From: Heptranchias perlo
Lineage: Eukaryota
DNA length: 64,000 bases
Direction of reading: 5' to 3'
Assembly: GCF_035084215.1 (NCBI RefSeq)
Contig: NC_090334.1
Coordinates: forward strand, 62,744,001-62,808,000
Shown here piece by piece: positions 24,605 through 38,460 of this stretch. Every line of letters begins with the position of its first letter. Positions within the stretch are counted from its first letter, which is position 1. The position numbers were made by a program, and so were the translations under genes. The notes under the pieces were generated by a model that did not search any database, had not been told where the DNA came from, and saw only the letters and a program-made list of their open reading frames with translations.

Positions 24605-25950
24605 ACATCGAGTTACATCGAAACTACAGCACAGAAACAGGCCATTCAGCCCAACTGGTCTATGCCGACATTTATGTTCCACACGAGCCTCCTCCCTCCC
24701 CACTTTATCTAACCCTATCAGGATACCCTTCTATTCCTTTCTCACCCATGTGCTTATCTAGCTTCCCTTTAAATGCATCTATGCTATTTGCCTCACCTAC
24801 TCCTTGTAGTGGCGAGTTCCACATTCTTACCAGGCTTTGGGTAAAGAGGTTTCTCCTGAATTCACTATTGGATTTATTAGCGACTGTTTTATATTTATGA
24901 CCTTTAGTTTTGAACTTACCCACAAGTGGGAACATATTCTCTACATCTACCCTATCAAACCCTATCATTATCATAAAGATCTCTATCAGGTCACCCATCA
25001 GCCTTCTCTTTTCTAGAGAAAAGAGTCCCAGCCTGTTCAGCCTTTCCTGATAAAGATAACCTCTCAGTTCTGGTATCATCCTTGTGAATCTTTTTTGCAC
25101 CCTCTCCAATGCCTCTATATCCTTTTTATAATACGGAGACCAGAACTGTGTACAATACTCCAAGTGTGGTCTAACCAAGGTTCTATACATATTTAATGTA
25201 ACGTCTTTGCTTTTCAATTATATCCCTCTAGAAATGAACTCCAGTGCTTGATTTGCCTTTTTTATCGCTACTTTAATGATTTGTATATCTGTATCCCTAG
25301 ATCCCTTTGCTCCTCTATCCCATTTAGACGCTTATTATCCAAGCAGTATGTGGCCTCTTTATTCTTCCTACCAAAATGCCTCATCTCACACTTACCTATA
25401 TTGAAATTCATTTGCCAATTACACCCCCATTTTGCAAGTTTATTAATGTCCTCTTGCATTTTGACTCATTCTTCCTTTGTGTTAATTACCTTCCCCAATT
25501 TGGTGTCATCCGCAAATTTTGAAATTGTACTTCGATTCCCAAATCCAAATCGTTAATGTAAATTATGAACAACAGTGGTCCCAGCACCGATCCCTGTGGA
25601 ACACCACTTCACACCTTTTGCCAGTCTGAGTAGCCATCCTTAACCCCTACCCTCTATTTTCTGATTTGTAGCAAATTACCCATGAGATAACATCAGGGGG
25701 TGAGTTTAACCCTACCTGCCTGGGGAAACGGTGTGCAGTTAAAATATCCAGGTCAGTTACTCAACGTCACTGAGTTTTGTAGTCCCGGCGCGGACTCGAT
25801 GGGCCGAATGGCCTCCTTCTGTGCTGTAACCTTTCTATGATTCTACGAACTTGCTATCCATTCTGCTACCTGTTCCCTGACTCCACATGCTCTGACCTTA
25901 GTCATGAGTCTGCAATGCGGTAACTTATCGAAGGCTTCTTGAAAATAGAA
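24605..25950 (-). mobile_element. CR1 LINE 3' half (RT C-terminus and tail), decayed
   Basis: Minus-strand fragments read FQEAFDKLPH, KFADD, WQMNFNIGKC and LVRPHLEYCTQFWSPY. Confidence 0.9.
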
Positions 25951-26182
25951 CACTAACCACCCAACGTGTGAACACATTATCAATACACACTGTAGACCAT
26001 TATTCAATGTAATATATTCATATGTTAATTTTTTATGTGTGGTGTTATTGGAATAACATAATTCTGAGGATAGCAAGGTTAGAGGTCCAACATGCCGTGT
26101 TGACTGAACCTAATTTACGCCCACAATTAAGTTTCTTACCCCGACTGTGTCACTACAGAAAGACTAAGCACAGTCCACCCTC

Positions 26183-26620
26183 AGGGGTGAGCAGGGTAGA
26201 TTACAGGGAGGGTGACTCCAGGCCCTTCTTCAGCGCCCATTTGGGGTGGGAAGTCGGTGGGAAGCAGCGTAAATTTGCACGGCCTGGAAACTGCCCACCA
26301 ACAGCAGGTAGGTAGGCCTGTGGGTTTGCTGCCAGGTTGTCCTAAGGGGGTTTCCCACTATCGGGGGGAGGGGGGCAGTGCAATTGCAGCATGGGAGGCC
26401 TAAAATAGCCTTGTGGGACCTTGGAAGAGCACTCCTGCTCCTCCTCACCCCACAACGAATTTTTAAAAAAATTTAAACTTACCTTTTGGGACGTCTCCTG
26501 GCGCCGATCTGGTTCCTCGCTGGATAGGCCTGGCGGGAAACTCACTGCCGTTGAGTAACTGACCTGGGCTATTTTAACTGCACACTGTTTCCCCGGGCCA
26601 CTAGGGTTAAAATCACCCCC
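26183..26620. mobile_element. MITE-like element, same family as 1-465
   Basis: It shares the internal motif ACTCCTGCTCCTCCT and the right end GGGTTAAAATCACCCCC. Confidence 0.55.
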
Positions 26621-27871
26621 TGATGTTATCCCATGGGTAATTTCAGGGACTGTGTTTTATGTTCCCTTTTCATTGCCTCCATCACTGAGTACATAGACTG
26701 AATACAGAAACATTAATTTTCTGCAGACATTGACAGCCTAGCATAGCACTGCACTTCTGCCCTTTCTGCTGCACAAGCAGATTGAGTGGTAGCTGGGCTG
26801 TGCTCCACGCAATATGTTGAAGAGAATAATTTATTGTCTAATCTACGGGGAGAAAGACCTTTTTTTTTACATGTTAATGTATTCCATGGTTCTGTCTCGT
26901 AGATCACAAGCTATAAACTTTGCACAAGAAGACCACATTTTAATTTCATATAGCGAGTGAGATTCAATAAAACTACATGTTCAGTTTGTGTTGCAATAAA
27001 TACTGTTCGGTTTGATATCATCTATATATTTTCATGATATAGCGGTGAATATTGTTGATGCTTCCTGGTTTCTTTCACAAGCCATTGTCATTATGCTGAA
27101 GTGTCCAAATATCACACAACAATGTACCCTTGGGGGTACATAGGAAATATATTAAGGTTGGAAACCTGAATTTTTTTTTTAAAAGGACAATGCAGAATTC
27201 CCAGGTGACTCGCAATCCAGAGAATATCTGAGCCACGCAGACCAAGAAGGTACCAGGTTCAATCTACTCAGCTGAATTAGCTGGTCTCGGCCGGAGCAGT
27301 GGGAAATGGGTTACAATTGGTCTCAGACCACTCGGATTAGGGCAGGGGAAATCAGTTTGGTTTCCCACTCCTGGGGCTCGATTTTAAAACGGAACTGTGG
27401 GTGCGTTGGGGGCTTGGGGTGGGGGTTGAAGAAAATTGCGATTTCCAGGAGCGGGCAAAAATCCCGGCACCAACACGCCTAAGAACACGCACAACCCAGA
27501 GTCATTAGGGTGCACGCGCCGTTCCCGAACCCGGAAGTCCTGCCAGACGATATTTAAACAAGGAGTTCAAGTACTTAAAGTACTTAAAAGGTACATAAAT
27601 CTAATTAAGAGTGAAGGCAAGCAATTTCAACGCTGCCTCAGCGTATTTCCCGTGCCGAGTGAAACACGCCATGGGGAACGAGTCGTGTTTCAGCTGGCAG
27701 CCATTTGGACATTTAAATGCCTGTTTGACAGATGAGGATAAAAGGTGAGTTATTGCAGCAAGGCTGGGAGATCTTTGTGTTTAGACAAAAAATTCTTGGT
27801 TTCCACTCAGAATTGTTCTGTTTACACATATTTACCAACTTTTTGGACCCTGTCAAACTGACACCATCAGG

Positions 27872-29056
27872 ATGGGGGGCGTGATGGCTGCATTCACCAC
27901 TACATCCGAGGACGAGGAACATCACCATCCCCACCAGGCACGGCGTGCACTTCTGCCACTTGTAGCTCCACAACATAGTGCTGCGCCACAGGCACCTGCA
28001 CAAGAGCACAGAGGGGAACAACAGAGGGAGTGACGTTGCAGGAGCCACTGCCCTTGTCAGAGGGTCTACAGACTGAGGCTCAGCTTCCTGGGCCTCTCTG
28101 AGGAGCAGTGCATATGGAGGCTGAGAGAAAGTCACCAGGTGGTCGCAGAAATCTGCAGCCTCCTTCATGCCGAGCTGCTTTCGGCTAACCCTGGTGGCAT
28201 CTCATTACCCGTCACAGTTAAAGTGACCAATACCCTCAACTTTTTCGCCTCCGGATCATTCCAGGGTGTCACCGATGACACCACCGGGGTCTCTCAGTCG
28301 TCTGCACACAAGTGCATAAGGCAGGTCACCGACGGCTTGTTTTGCAGATCCTCGCCAGCCGGAGAAGGCAGTGGGATTCCATTCTGTGGCTGGCTTCCCA
28401 CGGGTACAGGGTGCAATTGATTGCACGCATATAGCAATCCGAGCACCTCCACAAGAGCCAGGACTGTTCATCAACAGAAAGGGCAATCACTCCATCAACG
28501 CTCAGCTCCTTTGTGACCACCGCAAAAGATTTCTTCACCAGATTCCCTGGCAGCTGCCACGATTCATTCATTCTGAGGGAATCCAACATCCCAGGCCTCT
28601 TCCATGCACCAAACACCCCTAAGGGCTGGTCCTCGGAGACAAGAGGTACCCCCTGCACACGTGGCTCATGAGGAACCCCATCAGCGAGTAACAGCGTCGA
28701 TACAATAACAGCCACATCGCCACCAGGTCTGTAACTGAACATGCGATAGGGCTGCTGAAGATGCAATTTCGGTGCCTCGATCATTCTGGGGGAGCGCTTC
28801 AATACGCACCAACCGAGTGGGTCACATTATAGTAGTGTGTTTTGTCCTGCACAACATGGCACAACAGAGAGGGGTACTGGTTGATGAGGTCCCATGCCCT
28901 CAGCCACCACCCACATCTGCAATCAACATTGAGGAGGAGCAGGAGCAGCAGCAGGAGGAGGAGGAGGAGGACAACGACGAACCCATGGGCAACGCAGCAG
29001 CTCACCTGGTCGCTCATGAGGCCAGGGAGTCACTCATATGTGAATGGTTCTCATAA
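27872..29056 (+). pseudogene. Harbinger DDE transposase, frameshifted
   Basis: Fragments LNFFASGSFQG, AIDCTHIAIRAP, NRKGNHSINAQL, LGDKRYP and LHNMAQQR lie in shifting frames. Confidence 0.9.
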
Positions 29057-29359
29057 GATCAGAAAGTGAGAAGAGTCCAGTCCTCACACCACTTGGAAAG
29101 ACCAACACCAACAACCCCCACCCTGCAGAAAACAGTCCTGCAACTACACATACACCCACTGTAAAGTGACCCACTGCATGGCATCAAGTGTCGCTGTTCA
29201 CAATGGAGCACATGAAAGGGCACTATCACAAAAGCCAGTCAAGAATGGGCAAGACGTGGCAGTAGTGGTGAGAATGATAACATTTACCGTGATTTTAACA
29301 AAAAACAAATATAAATGAAAACCATGACAGTCTGTCAGACACCCTTGTGCATTGTGATC

Positions 29360-31386
29360 GCAAATCCTTAGCCTTTCTCTTCCTACTACTTCTACGTGGT
29401 GCACCCCCTGTGACTGCAGCAGAGGTGGTGGCAGGTTGCTCATGTTCATGCCCTGACTGCTTAGATGCTTTCAGGCTACATCCTCTGGGTTTTGGAGCCC
29501 ATGAGGGCCCCTCCAAAGACTGCTCCACCTGCACCTGTGCAGGGGCAGACTCAGCCACCTGGAGAAGAGGCAGCGCTGCAGGTACTGGTTGAGAGTGGGG
29601 CAACGGGTGAGACATGGGAGCGCTTTGAGTAGCGTCCCCACTTCCATGTCCCCTTTCGCCATCATCCTTCTCCTGGACCAGGTCCACATCACTCCTATCA
29701 CCCTGCTGGAGAACAGTCTGGAGGACATGTATGATGCCTTGGAAGCCCAGTTGTAAAGTTTCTGTCTGCCTGTTTAAGACGGCAGAATGTTGTTCACCAT
29801 GAGTCCAAACAGCCGTTGTCAGGGCCTGAATGGACTCATTTGTGAGCCGTGCTTGAAGCTCAATGGAGGCTAGCCTTCTCTCCATCACAGACATTCCTGC
29901 ACTTACCCATGACACTATCTCAAACATTTCCGCAGTTACCTGCGACACCATCTCAAACATTTCCGCAGTTACCTGCGACACCATCTCAAACATTTCCGCA
30001 GTTACCTGCGATACTATCACAGACAGTTCCTCATGTCCCTATGACACTATCTCAGAGATTCCCTCACATCCCTCTGACACTATCTCAGAGATTTCCTCCC
30101 TTGTACCACTATTCCACTAATGCAGGAGTTGGACTCCTCCATCTTCTGCGCTTTTGTGGACAGTGTGCGTGGCACCTGTTCCAGTACTTTGCAAATGTGC
30201 TGCTGTCCCTCAATCATTCTCCTTTTAAAGGATGGCCCCCCCGGGGTTCAGCATCTGTGTCCAGCTGAGCAGAGCCTGGAGAGGAGCGCGCTCACTGACG
30301 CGGACTCTCCACTGCTGCCCCTGCCACCGGTGTCTGCTCATGCTCACTTGTGTGTGGTGACTCACCAGGTGCCAACCCAACTAACTGACTAGTAGGACCC
30401 ATCGAGGTGTGAGTATCTGCGCTGGTGGATGGCTTGCCAAGATGTGACAGTGTGCCCTCAGAGGCTGGAAACTCCTCTAAGGAATCGCCCTCTGCCGTCA
30501 CTACAGTTGTTGAATGGCCTGTAATAGAACAGAGGCAATATTAAGCATCATCACAGATGTGTCATGTAGCGATGAACATACTGAGGTGTTCAAAATGCCA
30601 ATCATTGTTAACATCAATTCATGTTGTGTGTGATGAATGTTAAAGTTGTGTCACCAGATGTTTGTGGGGTGCCAGTCTCGGCATCCCCGACGGACAGGCA
30701 CTCGAGGGTGCGGCTGATCTCCAGGGCCTCCTCCTCCTCCTCTGTAAGGCCCACTATTTGTTGTGGCCCCCCTCCAGTCCTTGCCCTCTCCCGTGCATTT
30801 TGCGCTCTCTTCTCCTACAAGGGGAGAAAGTACAGACATGTGAGGGAGTGATGGTGAAGTGGTCAGCTGATGAATGCATTGCTTTGGGTGAGGCTGACCA
30901 TGAAAGAGGTGCATCAGAGGGTGAGTATCAGACAGAGACATCACATTCGATCAGGATTGGGGTGAGTGGTAATGGTGGGGTCACAAATGGGGAGGTGAGG
31001 AGGTGCTGAGGAAGTGCAGGTAAGTTGAGGATGAGCTTTAAGTGGGTGTGAGGAGTGATATGATGGAGTAGACTTGGCAGTGCAGAATGTGAGGGGGGAG
31101 GGGGTTGATGTGCACCACAGAATGCAGGAGAATCATTAAGTGTACTCACTTTTGCTGACCTAGTTAGGTCATTGAAATGCTTCCTGCACTGGTCCCAAGT
31201 GCGGCAAATGTTGCTCCTGCTGGTGACCTCCTCTGCCACCTCGAGCCAGGCCTTCTTGGCGGCAGAGACAGGGCACTTCCTCCTATCGGCCGGGGAAAAT
31301 AGTTCCCTCCTCCTCACCTCGGCCAGTAGCAGCTGAAGTGAGGCATTGCTGAATCTTGGAGCAGCCTTGCCCCTGTGCTGCTCCAT
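29360..31386 (-). pseudogene. Harbinger Myb/SANT-like protein gene with 3 exons (31386-31150, 30814-30655, 30518 to about 29360), disrupted
   Basis: Exon 1 encodes PRFS..L..L..V..R..LF...AW..VA..V......RTWDQCRKHFNDL. The GT-AG introns sit at the same positions as in the intact copy, and there is an in-frame TGA at 30292. Confidence 0.88.
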
Positions 31387-31854
31387 TGGGTCTTCTGGCT
31401 CTTTGCTCCAGCAAAATCAATTGGATCAATGGCTCTTTAAATCCAGACGTTCCAGCTGACAGCCTGTCATGCGAGTGCGCAGTCCGCCCGCTGCGCAGCT
31501 TTTGGACGGCAAATCCAGAAACAAGGTTAAGGGGCACCAATTAAGTCGCGATCGTGTGGGGAATGGTAAGTTTTATTATTTGGGTTTGCTGCACACCCAC
31601 TGACCCCTCCGCTGCCATCCCGCCGCCCTTTTAAAATCGAGCCCCTAATGTTTATTCAGTAATCCCTGCTGGAAGCGCATGCGTTTGAATATTGAGAGAG
31701 AACAAGATGTAGGTTGGCTGTATTTCCACTAATGGTAAAATAGCTGCTGACAGTCACTGTAAAGGTTCACATGAATATGACCAACAGGGCAAGACGGGGA
31801 CTGATGCCTGTGAAACCATGTCAACAAGGAGCCAGTATATTCAGTAGAGAGCAG

Positions 31855-32190
31855 AGTTGTTTCCCCTGGCTGGAGCATCTAGAACTAGGGGGCATAGTCT
31901 CAGGATAAGGGGTTGGACATTTAGGACTGAGATGAGGAGAAATTTCTTCACTCACAGGGCTGTGAATCTTTGGAATTCCCTACCCCAGAGGGCTGTAGAT
32001 GCTCAGTCGTTGAGTATATTCAAGACTGAGATTGATAGATTTTTGGACTCTATGGGAATTAAGGGATATGGGGATCAGGTGGTAAAGTGGAGTTGAGGTC
32101 AAAGTTCAACCATGATCTTATTGAATGGTGGAGCAGGCTTGAGGGGCCGTATGGCCCACTCCTCCTCCTATTTCTTATGTTCTAATGTTC
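31855..32190 (+). mobile_element. CR1 3' fragment (a shorter copy lies at 33265-33445)
   Basis: It encodes SRTRGHSLRIRG..FRTEMRRNFFT..VNLWNSLP and has the CR1 tail. Confidence 0.88.
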
Positions 32191-35100
32191 AGAGAGAGGG
32201 TAGAAGAAAAAATTGTCCAAAATTCTTTTTTAAATCACCATAAAAAAAGAGAAAAATAAGTTAACAATTAGGACACTAGCCTATATTGGAACATCATTTA
32301 ATAAAGAACTTAGGTTTATTTTACACGTCTATGGGTCTCTATCTAATATCCCCTGTTTGGTGGCCTGTAATGTGTACCAAGAATTGTACCACTTCCCTTC
32401 ATATTGCTTAATTCTATCTACGGTATATGGATTCTGTCTTAACTAAACCCCCAGGACATCCTTCCATTTGAGTGCAGCGTTAGAATCCTTCACAAACACT
32501 GCCAACCCAACCACTCACCACCACCCCCCCACCTCTCCTGAAAATGTCCTAACCAAGAATATTAAGCTCCCAGTCCTGACCAAACATACGCCATATCCCA
32601 TATTAGCTACTGTATCATACCCCTCCACTGGTTTAATGCTTCTAACTCTCCAATTTTGGTCTGAACGCTTTGTGCATTCACAAATATACCACGCAATCCT
32701 CAATCCAATTTTTGGAACATTGAGCCTTATTCTTTTTCCTGGTTTTCTCTTTTTTTTTGATAATCCATGTCCCTTCTATAACAAGTGTTTTTATCTCTCA
32801 CTAACACATAACGTGTTGCTTTCCATTAATCCCCTGATACTAGTTTCTCTATTTATTTCAACTAAGTCTTCTATTCTATCAGTTTTATTAATCCTATTCT
32901 CCCTCTTTAGTCTCAAACCTAGCCTTTCCCCACCCTCTTGCCATTTTAGTTTAGATTCTCCCCCACTGATATTTCGACCAACCTGACTTGGACATATATC
33001 GTCGTTCCTTCATTTTTGCCAGGTCAAAATCCTGGAACTTCCTACCTAACAGTATTGTCGGAGTACCTTCACCACAAGGACTGCAATAGTTCAAGAACGA
33101 GGTTCACCGCCACCTTTTTGAGGGTAACTAGGGATGGGCAATAAATGCTGGCTTTGCCAGCGATGCCCATATGCCAAGAACGAATTTTAAAAAAATTATG
33201 CTCTCTGCAACGATATTGTTGCCGTTTCAGTTCAGGTGAATGTCATCCCTTCAGTACAGTCTTTGTTGAGTATATTCAAGACTGAGATTGATGGATATTT
33301 GGACACTAAGGGAATCAAAGGATATGGGGATAGGGCGGGAAAGTGGAGTTAAGGTGGAAGATCAGCCATGATCTTATTGAATGGTGGAGCAGGCTTGAGG
33401 GACCGTGTGGCCTACTCCTGCTCATATTTCTTATGTTCTTATGTTTACCTCTGACAATTGCCGAGCTCCCCCAGTACTACATTGGAATATCAACCTAGTT
33501 TATGTGCTCAAGTACTGGAGTGGAGCTTGAACCCATGATCTCTGACTCAGAGGCAAGAGTGCCAGAACAGAGCAAAGCTGACCTTGTTCCATTTCAAAAG
33601 AAAGTTTGATTCCATTGGATAAGGAGTCACATAGAAGTTGAGCTGATGGTTTGGCTGAATGCTTTCAAAGCCATTATGGTCACAATAGAATCAGATTTTT
33701 ACGTGTTAATGATGAAAGGTTTCCATAGAGAAAACACTTGCATCAAACTGCTAGCTGCTTTTTACCCATCATGAATGCAGAACCATGGTCTCATTGAAGC
33801 AACCCCTTTTCAGAAATAGCACGTAATATCTCACACATTACATTTGTATCGAGGTCTGTTACAATAGGCTTTGAATTGCTGAGCTCTCTATTCTTTTGCC
33901 TCTTAGAAATATAATAATGCCTTTAAAAGGAGGCAGTTTGTATCATAGCTCATTAAAATTAAGCCATTTACTGGACAATAAGACAACAGTATGGATGTTT
34001 CGAAACCATTATTTCAGATGCATTAGTTCAAAAGCTGAAATAGGCTGCTTTGTATTTTTGTCCAAAACTCTATGTTCTAATTGTGAACAAAAGCATTCAT
34101 AAGCCAGGTTATGCTGAGCATGTGCTTGTATCTCTTTATTTTTTTGTGGAATAAAACTACAGATAACCTTAGGTTAGTTATTCTCAGCCATCATTCTGAA
34201 AGTAAGGCCAATCACTATAAATTGACAATTAATTATTCCAAAGATCCATTACAAATTACTTTCTTGCATTCTAGGATTTGTGCCATATGAAATGAATTAT
34301 ATTTGTTTATTGATCATCTTCAAGAACTAATCCATACAGCTTAAATGTATCTGTCTGCCCAACTGTGAAAAATTAAATCTTTTGTGTTGACCAGAAGAAA
34401 TATTTCATAGGGATTGCAGTGCAGCGATGAAAAAATCATCAATGAAGAAAAAATCCTTTAGCCTACCAGCCATAGTCTGTAAACATAGTCTGAGGATAGC
34501 ACTAGATGATTTTTTTTTAGCTAATCTGTGTTTTGCAAAATGAAGGTGCCTCTTCACATATTATATTGTAAAGGCATTTACCATAGCATTCGGAAACATC
34601 TGAATATATAATATTACTGCATTGTGATGATTCAGCACAATCATGATTCCTCCCGAATAACACTGAGTTTCAAAAAAATATTTAAAATATCTTATAAAGA
34701 GAACGTTAGGAAAGAAACATCTTACATGGGTTTCCTATAATAAAGGGAGTCGTAATATCGGAGGTCATTGTATTTCTGGGAGCCTTGTATTGTGGGTGAA
34801 TAAATGGGTCTACTGTTTAGTCAATTCTAAACCTTTCCAAATGAATACTGGGTGGTTCTGTTCTTTTGATGTTATCTCAAGTGTTATTTTAATGGGTCCT
34901 CTAATTTTCTCCCTCACTAGGAAAGCTCTTCACTTTCACTCATGATCTCTGCTAATGTCCTGCGCATGATCTAAAATTTTCTATCTACGAAATAGTGGTT
35001 TTAGGACTGCTTCCTGCAATATCTGGACCTGCACATTGCTTACCAGTGCACCATGGCAATGTAATGTCACTATTTCATGTTTAATTCAGAACAACTATTT

Positions 35101-35924
35101 CTGTGAACTATTTTACAGGTGTATGCGGGATAATGAATTCTCAAGATTCTGCCGAGTTCCCTATCTCAGCCATACCAGCTGAGAAGGTACTGAGTGAAGC
35201 CAGGTATTTTTCCCACATGGTGGGATGGAAAACTCAGAGGAGCAGAAAGTCTTATCAGCTTCCTGGTGGCTCACACAAGAACACCATAGATCGAGGTCTG
35301 GGAGCATGTCACCTACCGAGCCCAAGCTGTACTGCATAGGTTAGGGAAGCTAGAAACAGGCAAAAAAAAGAGGAAGACTTAGCCAGTAACATTCCCTCAA
35401 AAATAATTCTAAAATTCTGGACAGTCCTGGAGGGTTGGTAATCCTAGTTACACTCCACATGGAATGTAACTTTAGTGCAGTATCAAACCAGGTGCAAACT
35501 GTGCCAAGAGGTTTCTTGGACCTCCTGGACGCTTTTACACCTAGCATCATTTTACACCATTAGTTTAAATGTTTATTTAAATAAGTACATTATGATGTAC
35601 TTATTTGTGTAAAGCAAGACCCAAAATTAAGAGTTTTGGACCAAAATACAAAGCAGTTAAAATTATTTGTGAAAAAATATAACCCCACCAAATATCCCCA
35701 ATGAAGGAAAATTTCCGAATGTTTCAGGATACAGGATCACTTGTATTTGTAGTTACTGCAAGACAGGGAGAGAACTAAGATTGATAATAAACTTTAAACT
35801 TCCATTTACAACTCTGCATTTCCAAATACATATTGTATCTCACAGACCATAATACTGTATCTTTTCTTCGGTTATTCCATTCAAAATAGCAATAATGCAG
35901 GCACAGGTTTCATTTTGAAGCCTT

Positions 35925-36270
35925 TGTGTATGTGTGCACAAGTATACCTGTGAGTGTTAGTGCATGGACACCTGTGTATGTTGGTGCATGTGTTTGCATC
36001 TGTGTATCAGTGAATGCAAGTGCACCTGTGTATTTGTATGCATATCTGTGCATGTATTTGTGTATATGCACATGTGTATGTGTGTGCATGTCTGTGTGTT
36101 TGTGCACGCACATGAGCCTGTGTATATGTATATGATGCATGTGTGACTGTAAATGTGTGCATGTGCACATACACATGCGTCTGTGTGTGGTGGGCATATG
36201 TGCACCTGCGTTCATGCACTCATCTATGTATGTATATATGCTCATCTGTGTATGGGTTTGTGCTTGTGTG
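35925..36270. repeat. Degenerate alternating purine-pyrimidine (TG/TA/CA) tract
   Basis: About 345 bp of TGTGCA/TGTATG mosaic. Confidence 0.9.
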
Positions 36271-38314
36271 AAAAGCTTGTTCAATTATGAACAATGATCC
36301 AAAGCAACTCCAATAATAGATAACTGGGAGAAAATGTACTTAAATATTCAGCAGTTTCCAGAAAGTAAAATTTGACTTTATACCTATCCAAAACAGATCT
36401 ACACAAAATGAGATCTAAGGATTTTTTTTTATTAAGAAAAAGTAACATTAGTTTTTTTTGTTGCTGAAGCTGTGAAACAAGATCACATGGTTAAAGCAGA
36501 GTGATATTCATCCTAACAATATACATAATCAAATAACAGGTACTGTTTTGTTTATTATTGGGAAAATCAGGTGAAAGGCCAAAGCCCATAATACAGGGAA
36601 CCACTAAGATTGGAAAGAGCAGGAAAAAAGGTGAAATAAATCAAAATGTAAAATTCCATGATTCTTTGATACTGGCATTTTAGTGACAACAAGTTTGGGT
36701 TTAAATGCCTATAAAGTGCAGTCACAATATAAACAATTCAAATATTCCTTACACATAAGGATGTAACACTACAGTGTATGGAATCCTCACGCACATGTCG
36801 TGACTACGTTGTCAGAAACATTCTACTTATATCATTGGAAAGAAATGGGATTCCAAGAAAATGAGTCTGAATAAAGATCAAATCTAACAGTACAGTCATT
36901 ATGAGTTATCCAGTTTGTTTGTTTTTTAAATCACCCAGACATGTTTCCTTGATGTGGGAGACCTGCCCTCTCATCTCCACCAGAATTTCCCAGCCTTTTC
37001 TCCACATGGCGAAACCCCAGCAGAACTGGATCCTGCCCCATTATTCGGACCCCGTCCAGCAAGTATAGTGGAGAAGCACGCTGGGCCCAAATTAAATTTT
37101 GGGTCCAATGTTCTCATTATACCACCATATCATTTAGTGTACAAAGTATTGCAAATTTCTCTGAATGAGTTGGATTATTGAATGGCTTATTCTAATTCCA
37201 TATTTATTTATGTTATGCACAAAGTATTCTTCAGACTGATGAAGAACTTTACACTCTCACCAGTTCTTGAGTTTCTTTCCTACAGAGAAAATCTCACCCC
37301 AGTGAGGGTACATTGTGAAAGTCCTTCAACATATGTGGAAGACCCACAGGACATATAATTTATGGTAATGTTAAAAAAAAGAATCTCATGGACCATTATT
37401 GGGGAAATGATTGTTTGCTGCAATGGTTTGTTATTGTTCAGATCTGCACAGAAGCTGGCATTTTCACTGTCTCTATTTTTTAATACAAAATTGCTGCATT
37501 CGGGCAGCACATCACACGACTTGCAGCAAGTGTAGACTTCTGACGTTTGCTATGGGATGTTGCACTGAAACAAATCACTTGCTCTAAAAATGATCAACGG
37601 TGCTGTGTTTTCTTGATTATGAGAGTTTCTTTTCAAATGTGTTCTGCAGTATATTTTTCTGGTCATTAATTGATAATAAACTGCAATAGATACTGTTTGT
37701 ATTTTTACGTCAGTTAGGTTGTCAAATTGTTTCCTCATTCATAATGCATAGGGGAAATTCCAACTTATCCCAAATGATGGAAATTTTACCAATGGCTATA
37801 GAATAATCTTTTTTATTTTGCTGATTTAACCTTAAAGTCAATATTCTGGTATCTGTTGTTTTTAATGCTACCGCAGCTGGATATCCACACCCCAAGTGGT
37901 TGTCAGCATATTCAGTAGTTGTCATTGTGCCTACTTGGTTGTCTGTGTACCTGATGTTCACAAAGAGGCATTAGCACCTTCTGATGTTGAGAAAGGGTAT
38001 TAATAATCCTTACTGTAAGGTCAGTTACTAAGATTGAGTGCAATCAGTCTAAAAGGATCTAAATTTGGTCTCAGCAGGCTTGGTGACTCAGTTCACGTTC
38101 AAGACCTCCTACCTGCGATATTGATGATCATATTCATGCTGTACTGGAGAGGTGCCAAGTAAATATAACATTATAAACCTCATTCTCCGAGATTCCTTTT
38201 CCCACAGACCTACTTTCTAACCCTTTGCAAGCTTCCAAGTGTCAGTCTGATAATCACACCAAAGTTTGACCTTGTTGTTCCTTTTCCATGACCAGGTCAA
38301 ACTATAATATTCAA

Positions 38315-38460
38315 TCAGCAGATCAGGCAGCATCTGTGGAGAGAGCAGACAAAACGTTTCGGGCATGGAATCTTCCTCCAAACGGTGCCTGACCTGGAGG
38401 GTGTTTCCCGCATTTTCTGTTTCTGTTTCAGATTTCCAGCATTTGCAGTATGTTGCTTTT
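38315..38460. mobile_element. Penelope terminal-repeat fragments in inverted arrangement
   Basis: TCAGGCAGCATCTGTGGAGAG..AACGTTTC is followed by the opposite-orientation TGCCTGACCTG..CATTTTCTGTTT..AGATTTCCAGCAT. Both match 10560-10630 and 52645-52745. Confidence 0.65.

Larger units (their letters stand above)
27374..31644. mobile_element. PIF/Harbinger DNA transposon, full length but decayed
   Basis: TIRs GGGCTCGATTTTAAAA occur at both ends, with flanks CTG/CTA as a mutated 3-bp TSD. It is inserted in a SINE and carries convergent transposase and Myb genes. Confidence 0.92.

Noticed and set aside
35910-36284. His/Thr- or Cys/Val-rich ORFs
   Set aside because: They are translations of a TG/CA low-complexity tract.
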